Source: Octopus sinensis
Lineage: Eukaryota
Length of the DNA: 61,541 bases
Reading direction: 5' to 3'
NCBI RefSeq assembly: GCF_006345805.1
Contig: NW_021832259.1
Span: 1 to 61,541 of the forward strand
In this document: positions 39,376 to 50,849 of the stretch, piece by piece
Position numbering within the stretch: position 1 is the stretch's first letter
Layout: every line of letters starts with the position of its first letter
Translations under genes and position numbers: made by a program
Notes under the pieces: generated by a model
The model's database searches: none
The model's input: the letters and a program-made list of their open reading frames with translations, nothing else
What the model was told of the DNA's origin: nothing

Positions 39376-39485
39376 GTAATTATTCCATTTAGTATTTTTC
39401 TTTTGTCTCATCCATTGCTTTAGGTCGTGCTGAATTTTATTTTTATTTGAGAACAAAATCTTTGGTATATAATATGTATATATAT

Positions 39486-39520
<35 letters not shown>

Positions 39521-40150
39521 TATATATTGACAGATTTATGTATATACATTTAGATATTTAAACATATAACGGATGGCCATAATGGGACATCCGACTCATT
39601 AGAGAGCAGTTAAACTCCAATAAATCGTAAAAGTCTGTCATGTCTGAATAAATTTTCGAGAGTTATTTCCCCTGCATATTATAATTTAAATAAAAGTAGT
39701 ATAATTATATGTAAGGAAAGTAACTCTGGAAGATGTTATCTAGTTATCTCCCTTCGGAGAGTTAATTTCCCTAACTAATCTTTTATTATTGTTATATTTT
39801 AATACTTAAGGGAAGTAACTGTAGAAGATACTTTGTAGTTATTTCCCTTAAGTATGTAGTTATCGTAATATAGACTTTGTCGCTCGTAGACTCTTTCAGT
39901 TATTTCACTGTGACCATGGTGGAGCACCGCCTTTAGTGAAGCAAATCAACATCAGCAATTGTTCTTTGTATGCCTATTACTTAACGTATAGGTCTCATTT
40001 GCAGAAACGATAAGTTACGTGGATGTAATGTTCGATTTACTGATTTAGTAGGTATTTATTTACTGTAAGAACTTCAATTATCATAAATTATGGGCTAGGA
40101 AAAATACTAGAAACTATTTTGATATACTTATTGTGTGTGGTACATTTCAG

Positions 40151-40186
<36 letters not shown>

Positions 40187-41494
40187 AGTGCTTTTTTTTC
40201 TGTGTGCGCGAGTGTGTGAGCGACTGAGTGTTTCTATTTGTTTGTGTGTGTGCGACACTTACAAATGCAGCAAGCACTTTGACCATTTCTAAGATACCCA
40301 CATTTGAGATCACTAACTACTAAATCAAAATAAGTTCAATTTATTGCACCTTTAGTGACTTGAGATGTTGCTCATATTTTTCCCATGTGTCGACAATGTA
40401 TTAATTTCACAAGTGGACGAAAGAAATTCTCATACTGGCGTGGAGGGAGATGATATTCTAACTGCGAGTGCAAAGCACCCAATGCCCCTTTACATTCTGA
40501 ATAAATTGTATGTTTGTGCTAGTTAGGGTTAGGGTTTTATGTGTGAGTGTGTAACTGCGTTTTCATTTGTGTGTGTGGGTGCGTGTGTGTGTGTGTGTGT
40601 GTGTGTTTGTGCGTATGTTAGTGTGTGAGAGTTTGGATGTGTTACCGTATTTTCCATTTCTATTTGTGTGTGTCTGTGTTTGTGCATGTGTAGGTATGTA
40701 ACTGTTTTCATTTCTGTGTTTGTCCGCGTGTTTGAGTGTGTGAATATGTAGCTGTATTTTCATTTGTGTTTGTCTTTGTGCGTATGTGAGTGTTTTTGTG
40801 AGAATTTTTTTTTCAGTGTTTATGTGCGTGGGACTTTTTATATGTGTGTGTGTATTGGTATTTTCATTTCAGTGTTTGTTTTTATGTGAATGTTTTTATT
40901 TCTGTGTGTACGTGTGTGTAAGCGACTGTTTTTATTCGTTTGTGTGTGTGCGACAATTACAGCTACAACAAACACTTTAAGCATCTCTAAGATACCCACA
41001 TTTGCAGATCCCTAAGTTCTAAATGAAAAGAAGTTCAATTTATTGCACCTTTAGCGAATTCAGATTTGCGAGTGTTAAGCACCCAATGCCTCCCGTATCT
41101 ACATACCTGGATTGGCCATAATTGGCCTCATTCGGATATCTCTCGGGTGTGGAATATTTATGACTATAGAAGTTAACTTGTTACAGGTTTTGTTTATGGC
41201 TCAACATTTGTAGATTTTGGGAAGTTCACAGATGTTACTGGCTTTGCAGTGAAATCTAGTCAAGCAATTTGTCTCCTTTTTTGTTAAACCGTGTTGGAAC
41301 TGGTGGATAAGAGTAGACAGTTTGGTCATTATCTTCGATTGACTGTAGTTGTTGATGCTTTTAACCGATACAGGTGTGTTTTACTCCCTGTATTTTAGCG
41401 GTTCCGCAAAAGTGAACATGTTAAAATAAATACTAGGCTTACAAAGAAGTGCTGCGGACGATGTGATCGATTAAAGGCGGCGCGCTCTAGTATC

Positions 41495-41546
<52 letters not shown>

Positions 41547-42207
41547 CTTACAGATATACGTGTATATACCTACATACGCATATATACTATATAAAACAAA
41601 AAAGGAAACTTGATTATGTCATCATTACATATATTACTTTATTACAGATATTACAACATGACACGTATTATATGACGTTAGAGAAGTAACTCAAGGAGAT
41701 ATTTTCTGCTATCTCCCCAGTGAACAGGTCATGAACTTTACTCGTTATTTACTCTTTTACTCTCATTCACTTGTTTCAGTCATTTGACTGTGGCCATGTT
41801 GGAGCAAGACCTTTAGTCGAGCATATCGACCCCAGGACTTATTCATTGTAGGCCTAGTGCTTATTCTATCAGTCTCTTTCGCTGAACCTCTATGTTATGG
41901 GGACGTAAACAGACTAGCAACCGTTGTGTAGCAATGTTTGGGGACAAACAGACATACACGCACACACACACACACACACGTACACATATATAAACATATA
42001 TATGACTGCATTTTTCCAGTTTCCTTCCACCATATCCAATCACAAGGCATTGGTCGGCTCGGGTCTATAGTAGATTTTTCAAACGATGCTGGTGTGTGGT
42101 TTTCCTCCTGTATTTCAGCGGCTCGGCAGAAGAGAATAAGTTAAAATAAATACTAGGCTTAGAAAGAATAAGTGCTGCTGACGATGTGCTCGAAGAAGAT
42201 TGATTGG

Positions 42208-42263
<56 letters not shown>

Positions 42264-42305
42264 ATATATATAGATCAGATATATATATATATGTATATAT
42301 AGATC

Positions 42306-42371
<66 letters not shown>

Positions 42372-42424
42372 TATATGTGTGTATATATATAGATCAGATA
42401 TATATATATATGTATATATAGATC

Positions 42425-42459
<35 letters not shown>

Positions 42460-42949
42460 TGTGTATATATATAGATCAGATATATATATATGTATATATA
42501 TAGATCAGATATATATATATATTATATAGATCAGATATATATATAGATCAGATGTATATATATATAATATATATATATAGAAACATGTATATACATATAG
42601 ATATTTATATCTATGTGGTGTATGTTTCGATGTCCCCAAAACCGCTTGACACCCAATCAACTTATCCGTTCGGGAAAAGAAGACCAACAGAATAAATACT
42701 AGACTGACGCGTAGATAAAAGTCCTAGTGTCGATTTGCTCAAGAAAAGTATGTACTCCAGCATGGGCGCAGGGAATTGACTAAACCAGGAAAAGAGTACA
42801 AGTAAATGTAAGGGAAGTAACTGTGGAAGATTTTGTAGTCATCACCCTTTCTAGAGTTACTCCCTTGTATATTATTAGTTGTTAATTTATAATATGCACG
42901 GTAAGTAACTCTACAAAGGAAGATAACTCCGAAATCTTCCAGAGTTACT

Positions 42950-43480
42950 TCCAATACATGTGTTGGTGTACGTGAAACTGTTTTTATTCGTGTGTGAGTG
43001 TCGGTTTTCATTTCAGTGTTTGTGTGATTGTTTTTATTTCTGTGTGTATGTGCCTATGTGCGTTTTTATTCGTTTGTGTGTGTGCGATATTTTCAGCTAC
43101 AACAAACACTCTAAGCATCTCCAAGATACCCACATTTGCAAATCACTAGCTGCTAAATGAAAAGAAGTTCAATTTATTGCGACTTCAGATTTGCGATTGT
43201 TAAGCACCCAATGCTCCCTGTATTTACATACCTAGTACTGGCTTTGCAGTGAAATCTAGTCAAGCAATTTGTCTCCTTTTTTGTTAAATCTTGTTGGAAA
43301 TGGTGGATAAGAGTAGACAGTTTGGTCATTATCTTCGATTGACTGTAGTTGTTAATGTTTTAACCGATGTTTTACTCCCTGTATTTTAGCGGTTCGGCGA
43401 AAGAGAACAAGTTAGAATAAATACTATGCTTACAACGAAAGTGCTGCGGACGATGTGCTCGACTAAAGGCAGCGCTTCAG

Positions 43481-43541
<61 letters not shown>

Positions 43542-44180
43542 ATTACATACATATTTACATAGATATACGTGTATATACCCACATACGCATATATACTATC
43601 TAAAACAAAAGAGAAACTTGATTATGTCATTATTACTTTATTACAGATATAACATGAAACGTATTATATGACGTTAGAGAAGTAACTCAAGGAGATATTT
43701 TCTGCTATCTCCCTAGTGAACAGGTCATAGACTTTTCTCGTTATTTACTCTTTTACTCTCATTTACTTGTTTCAGTCATTTGACATTGGCCATGTTGCAG
43801 CACCACCTTTAGTCGAGCATATCGACCCCAGGACTTATTCTTTGTAGGCCTAGTACTTATTCTATCAGTCTCTTTCGCTGAACCTCTAAGTTATGGGGAC
43901 GTAAACAGACTAGCATCCGTTGTGTAGCAATGTTTGGGGACAAACAGACACACGCACACATATATAAACATATATATGACTGGAGTTTTCCAGTTTCCTT
44001 CCACCAAATCCAATCACAAGGCTTTGGTCGGCTTGGGGCTATAGTAGATTTTTCAAATGATGCTGGTGTGTTTTCCTCCCTGTATTTCAGCGGCTCGGCA
44101 GAAAAGAATATGTTAGAATAAATACTAGGCTTAGAAAGAATAAGTGCTGCTGACGATGTGCTCGGAAGAAGATAGATTGG
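42950..44180 (+). repeat. Third diverged copy of the duplicated block (matches ~40850-42210)
   Basis: Shared modules: cagctacaacaaacact...gatacccacatttgc, ttgattatgtcatt, and SINE junctions. Confidence 0.8.
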
Positions 44181-44229
44181 TATCTATATATATATATATA
44201 TATGTTTATAAAGATATATCAGATATATA

Positions 44230-45970
44230 TAAACTTAGATAGAATTAGATATGTTTCGACCAAAGATTGGTCGAGGCCATGTCTAACTTAATAGCACCAC
44301 CTGATAGGATTATTCGAATCCTGTTAAGTCAAGTTTTGTTCAAGTAGTGAGTTCTTGTTGGGTGAGTTGTATCCAATTATGGGTGGCTTATCTGGTATTC
44401 TTTGAAGGAATCTATCCAGACTCTGTTTAAACTTGATGGGATCCTTTTCCTCTTTGATCTCTCTCGGGACAATGTTAAATAGGGCAGGGCCTTGTGAGAA
44501 AAGAAATTATGTTGCAGTGTACATGTATGTTGTGATCTTGTATTGGGCAGGGGACGTATAGCCCGTGGTCCAAGTCTTGGATGAACCTGAAGCTAATGTT
44601 TAGGTCGTTTGGGCATAGTTGGCGGCATATTTTCCACATCGTACAAATGATGTACCGCTCACGGCAACGCTGGAGGGAGTAAAATTTCAAGGCTTTAAGG
44701 CGATCCCAATAATCGAGAGCAGCCAGTTTAGTGAGTGCCCGCTGGGGTGACTCAATTCTGGAGATGTTTTGTCTTGTGTGAGGAGACCACAGTGGGCAGC
44801 AGTATTCAAGGTGTGGCCGTACAAAGGAGGAAAAAAGTGGTATGATGACACCTTGTTCCCTGGACCGGAAAGTTCTTAAGATCCAGGAACTCATCCTACG
44901 AGCTATATCGACCTTCTTGTTGATGTGTGCACTCCAACTGAGATCGTCATCAACAATTACACCCAGGTCTCTGACATTGTTAGAAGCTGTGAGCGGTTCC
45001 TCTGAAGGACGAGAGTATGGCTGTTTTAGTGAGGAGTTTCTTCCAAAATGCATCAGCTCAAATTTTCCTCGTTCAGTTGCATTTTGTTTCTTGTTGCCCA
45101 TTCACTCACAGCATATAGATGAGACTGGAGTTGAGTTCGGTCTGCTTCTTCATTGACGATTTGGTGGAGCTTGGTGTCATCAGCAAATATTTTCACTTTG
45201 CAGTAATGTACGACACTGGAAAGGTCGTTTATGTTGATTATGAAGAGTAGCGGACCCAAGACAGTCCCCTGGGGGACACCGCTGGTGACTTTTGCTGGGC
45301 TTGAGTGGACTCCATCAACTACAACATGTGTTCTATTCGCCAGGAAATACTTAATCCAGTGTAGAACTTTTCCACGGATTCCAACGTTTGCCAATTTTGA
45401 GAGTAGGATGTTATGGCCTACCCTGTCGAACGCTTTACTGAAGTGAAGATATATGACGTCAGAGTTCGAACCTGTTCCCAAGGCTTTGAGTACATCTTCA
45501 ATGTGGTGTAAGAGCTGTATTAGACAGTCCCTGCCACAGCGAAAGCCATGCTGATTTGCATTTAGGAGTTTCTGAGTCTCCAGGAAGTCAGCCATCCTTG
45601 ATCTTAACACTCTTTCAAACACCTTGATGATGTGGGAGGTGAGTGAGATTGGGCGATAGTTGAGTGCGAGGGATCTGTTTCCCTGTTTGAAAACCGGGAT
45701 GACTGACTGGGATAGAAACTGTTTTGGTATATAACGAATTTCTCTAGAGGTTGGTCAGTGGGACTGCAAGTTGGTGTTTACATTCCTTCAGGAGACTAGC
45801 GGGGAATCTATCAGGGCCTACAGCAGAGTAGTATTTGAGCCCATTTATTGCTGCTACGATGTCAGTGGGAGTGAAGGTTATGTCTGCAATTTTGTGTTGG
45901 GAGTCAACTTCATTCGCTTCTCTTACGTCAATATCAGTGGGAACACTAAAGACAGCAGTATTGTTTCTGC
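44230..45970 (-). mobile_element. CR1-clade LINE ORF2 3' part (RT)
   Basis: NYRPISLTS, NQHGFR, IYL.FSKAFDRV, SGVPQGTVLGPLLF, KIFADDTKL, VRDLGV, RPHLEYCC and YSLQR.RER. Confidence 0.92.
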
Positions 45971-46582
45971 AATATATACATATAGAGAGAAACATGTATA
46001 TACATATAGATATTTATATATATGTATATGTGTGTATGTTTCGGTGTCCCCAAAACCGCTTGACAACCAATGCCGGTGTTTTTTACACTCCATTAACTTA
46101 TCCGTTCGGGAAAAGAAGACCAACAGAATTAATACTAGACTGACGCAGATAAAAGTCCGAGTGTCGATTTGCTCTAGAAAAAGCTGTGCTCCAGCATTGG
46201 CACAGTGAAATGACTAAAGAAGTAAAAGTGTATGCGTTACGTCTGAACATTATATTGTAGAGTTAATTAGCTTCCATAATACATTTGATGATAGTCGTTA
46301 TGTAATTAAATGTAAGGGAGGTAACTTTTGAAGATTTTTTAGTTATCTCCCTTTCTAGAGTTACTCCCCTTGAACATTACAAGTTAGTAATGCATAATAG
46401 TAATTTAATTTGATCTAAGGGAGGGAACGCTGGAAGATTTTTACAGTTATCTCCCTTCCTAGCGTTAGTCCCATTGCATTTTATTATTAAATTATAATAT
46501 TCAAGGGAAGTAACTCTAGAAAGGGAAATAGGTACAAAAATTCTCCAGAGTTACTTCCCTTACATGTAATTTCATTACGATT
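45282..46582 (-). repeat. Left arm of the ~1.3-kb inverted duplication
   Basis: Reverse complement of 48017-49333 (CR1 fragment, SINE fragment and hairpin array). Confidence 0.88.
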
Positions 46583-46775
46583 TGGGTTAGGGGTTGGGTA
46601 AGGGTTAGGGTTGGGGTAGGGGTTAGGGTTGGGGTAGGGGATAGGGTTAGGGTTTAGGTTAGGGTTTAGGGTTAGGGTTGGGTTAGGGTTGGGTTAGGGT
46701 TAGGGTTTAGGGTTACGTTTAGGGGTTAGGGTTTAGGGTTAGGGGTTAGGGTTTAGGGTTAGGGTGAGGGTTAGT
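46583..46775 (+). repeat. Degenerate telomeric array (TTAGGG/TTTAGGG/TTGGG)n
   Basis: Seen directly; followed by three 18-bp gtctcgggaattggtggg-like units and a further ggttagggg patch at ~46970-46995. Confidence 0.85.
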
Positions 46776-47937
46776 CTCGGGAATTGGTGGGGTCTCGGGA
46801 ATTGGTGGGGTCTCCGGAATTGGGTGGGCACAGGAAGGGGTCTCGCTTGTCACAGGGATGAGGGGCTCACATGGTCAGGGGTTTGGGTTAGTCTCTAGAA
46901 GTGGGGGTCAACAGATGGGGTCTCGGGTGGTCACAGAAGTGGTCTCGGGGGGTCAGTGTTACAGAAGGGGTTCGGGTTAGGGGTTAGGGGTAGAGTTTCC
47001 ATTGAAATACTCTTTCTTTGCTTCAAATAATTTGAAAAATATAAAATTTCTGCTTATTTTTCATACATCACGAGAGTGTTTAAGGAATCCTTGTCGTTAT
47101 GGTGCCATATGTCAGAATTCCTAGGTTCCTACCGTTGTGCGGCAAACCAGAATTCGATTACATCGACCCCAGCGCGTAACTGGTACTTATTTAATCGACC
47201 CCGGTAGGACCCCTCGGCGGAATTTGAACTCACATTGTACCTTGATAACCTTGTACCAATATGTCTTGTTGAGAAATAATATAACACACGCACACACATA
47301 TAAACACACGCATGACAATACATAAAGACATTCTTTCTGTTTAATGTGTTTATATGTACATATACATAAGAATATGAACTCACTCGTGAATAGTGAATTG
47401 ATTTCAATCTTTCTAAATTAGAATTCAATAAAGGAAGCCATATACGAATCAATGTATAATAAACTATTGACACTCGCACTTGTCGCCAGTATAAATATAT
47501 AGACTGTGTTTTTTTATTATATATACATCGACACAATACACACACGTATGAGTATACATTCTGTTTCACTTTTTTGTTTCAGGAACATAAATTTTATTCA
47601 TTTTTCTTTGTTTTTTTAAAATCCATTATGTAATTTTACTCGGATTTATAAAGATATAAATAACAATGTCTTATAGTTTTCTTGTTTCTTAGCTATATTT
47701 TTTATATTTCTCTCTTGAAATAGTTTCTTTGTTATGTTTATAACAACACACATCTTTTATATTATTATTAATATTGTTACGGTTGTTGCATTTATTTCCT
47801 ATTGTTGCGTATTGCGCAGCTATTTTTTTAGGAGTTGATACAACTGAACTGAAAATTGATGACAAGTCTACCTGATGCTTTACGAATGGTTCAAATGCGA
47901 CCCAGAAACACGCAACATAAAATGCAGCTCTTGAAGA

Positions 47938-48016
47938 ACCCTTAACCCTAACCTTAAACACTAACCCTAAACACTTAACCTTAAACCCTAACCACAACCG
48001 TAACCCTAAACCCTAA
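47938..48016 (-). repeat. Degenerate (CCCTAA)n-like array in the opposite orientation
   Basis: ccttaaccctaaccttaaacactaaccctaa...aaccctaaaccctaa. Confidence 0.75.
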
Positions 48017-49333
48017 TTGTAATGTAATAACATGTAAGGGAAGTAACTCTGGAAAATTTTGTACCTGTTGCCTTTTGCAGAGTTACTTCCCTTGAATATT
48101 ATAATTTAATAATACGTAAAAGTAAAGTTATTAGATGTAAGGGAGGTAACTCTGGAAGATTTTTAAAAAATTATTTCTCTTTCTAGAGTTACTCCCCCTT
48201 GTATATTATTATTAATTAAATATGCAAGGTAAGTAACTCTACGAAGGAAGATAACTTTAAAATCTTCCAGAGTTACTTCCCTTACATCTAATTAAATTAC
48301 TATTATCTATTGTTAAATTATAATATTCAAGGGGAGATAACTAAAAATCTTCAAAAGTTACCTCCCTTACATTTAGTTACATGACAACTATCATCAAAAT
48401 GTATTATGGATCCTAATTAACTCTACAATACAATGTTCAGACGTAACGCATACACTTTTACTCTTTTCCTTGTTTAGTCATTTCACTGTGCCAATGCTGG
48501 AGCACAGCCTTTTCTAGAGCAAATCGACACTAAGACTTTTATCTACGTCAGTCTAGTATTAATTCTGTTGGTCTTCTTTTCCCGAACGGATAAGTTAATG
48601 GAGTGTAAAAAACACCGGCATTGGTTGTCCAGCGGTTTTGGGGACACCGAAACATACACACATATGCATATATATAAATATCTATATGTATATACATGTT
48701 TCTCTCTATATATATATTGCAGACATAACCTTCACTCCCACTGGCATCGTAGCAGCAATAAATGAGGTCAAATACTACTCTGCCGTAGGCCCTGATAGAT
48801 TCCCCGTTAGTCTCCCGAAGGAATGTAAACACCAACTTGCTGTCCCACTGACCAACCTATGGAGGAATTCATTAGATGCAGGTTATATACCAAAACAGTT
48901 TCTATCCCAGTCAATCATCCCGGTTTTCAAACAGGGAAACGGATCCCTCGCACTCAACTATCGCCAATCTCACTCACCTCCCACATCATCAAAGTGTTTG
49001 AAAGAGTGTTAAGATCAAGGATGGCTGACTTCCTGGAGACCCAAAACTACTAAATGCAAATCAGCATGGCTTTCGCTGTGGCAGGGACTGTCTAACACAG
49101 CTCTTACACCACATTGAAGATGTACTCAAAGCCTTGGGAACAGGTTCGAACTCTGATGTCATATATCTTGACTTCAGTAATGCGTTCGACAGGGTAGACC
49201 ATAATATCCTACTCTCAAAATTGGCAAATGTTGGAATCCGTGGAAAAGTTCTACACTGGATTAAGTATTTCCTGGCGAAAAGAACACATGTTGTAGTTGA
49301 TGGAGTCCACTCAAGCCCAGCAAAAGTCACCAG
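48017..49333 (+). repeat. Right arm of the inverted duplication, including a CR1 RT fragment at ~48716-49333
   Basis: ADITFTPT..AVGPDRFP..NY...SLTSHIIKVFERV..PAKVTS; close match to the left arm with a few indels. Confidence 0.88.
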
Positions 49334-49425
49334 TAATAATTTGAATTCGCCTTAAATGGTCCCTTTACATACTGAATACTTGGTGAAATTGATTAATAAT
49401 TAATTAATTTTACCCTCAATTGTTG

Positions 49426-49470
<45 letters not shown>

Positions 49471-50450
49471 CAGTTACGCAATGGCGTCGATATAATCGCC
49501 TTAATCCGTATGTCTGTCTTTGTTTGTGCCCTCTGTGTTTAGCCTGTTATGGGTAGTAAAGAAATAGGTATTTCGGCTGCCGCTGCGCTCTGAGTTCAAA
49601 TTCCGCCGAGGTCGACTTTGCCTGCTATTTCTAGCATATGGATATCCTTCTTGAAGGCCTGATCGATTTGCTTGACTAAATGCGGTGCTCCAGCATGGCC
49701 ACAATTAAATGACTGAAACAAGTAAAATAAAAGAACATATATATATATATTGTTTTGATTTTCCTTGTTTCAGTCATTTGACTGTGGCCATGCTGGAGCA
49801 CCGCATTTAGTCGAGCAAATCAATCCCAGACATTATCTTTAAGCCTAGCGGTTCTTGTCAAGCGATATTGGAGGGTGAGGGGAAACAGACACACACACTC
49901 ACACACACATATATGTATACATTTATATACGATGGGCTTCTTTCAGTTTCCATCTACCAAATCTATTCATACATACACACACACAAACACAGACACACAT
50001 GTGTGTTTTCATTTCTGTGTCTGCGTGCGCGCGAATTTCCAGTTCATTGTTTGTGCGTGTGTGTGTGTGTGCGCGCGCGCTAGTGTATGCGTGTGGGCGC
50101 GTGTGTGTGGGTGTGTAACTGTGTATTTTCATTTGTGTGTGTGTGTGTTTGTCCGTATGTGTGTGTGCGTGTGTGAGTGTGAGTGTGTCTGAGTATTTTC
50201 ATTTCTGTGTGTGTTTATGACTGGTTTTAATTATGTGTGCGTGTGTATTTTCGTTTCTGTGTGTGAGTGTTTCAGTGTGTAACTGCATTTTCAATTTTGT
50301 GCATGAATGTGTGTGAGTGTTTGTGTGTGTGTCGTTACGCACGCACGCACTGGTGTCGAAAGGCACAAACGCACACATACACACACGCAATTGAAAATAC
50401 AGTCACACACGCACAGACACGCACACACACACACACACACGCACGCTCGC

Positions 50451-50485
<35 letters not shown>

Positions 50486-50756
50486 CAAAAACACACACAC
50501 GCACACACACACATATATATATATATTTCAAAATAGAAAATTACCCATTAACAGGTAATTTTACATGCTAGAAATAGTAGCCAAACTTTGCCACGATCCT
50601 TCATTTTCTAGCAAATTTTCAAGTCCATGAAAAATAAAAACCTTTATCTTGTTAATATCTTGTTAAATATATACAACTACATATATATATATATACACAC
50701 ACACCAACAATTATATATATACATACTATATATATATAATATATATATATATATAT

Positions 50757-50801
<45 letters not shown>

Positions 50802-50849
50802 TACAAGATGAGAAAATGGAGAAATACATCTAAATCAATTATCAGATAA

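Larger units (their letters stand above)
35919..39464. mobile_element. Hammerhead-ribozyme tandem array (retrozyme-like): ~507-bp units, 5.3 forward plus 1.7 inverted, 16-bp TSD
   Basis: Unit starts at 35919, 36426, 36934, 37450, 37956 and 38458; inversion junction at 38602-38604; gtatataatatgtata at 35903-35918 and 39465-39480. Confidence 0.9.
35155..41900 (+). repeat. Local segmental duplication, copy 2 (interrupted by the 3.55-kb array)
   Basis: Same order of SINE fragments and unique modules as 30660-33900. Confidence 0.85.

Noticed and set aside
35919-39464. CRISPR array or ordinary satellite
   Set aside because: There are no unique spacers and the context is eukaryotic; the TSD, inversion and ribozyme point to a retro-insertion.
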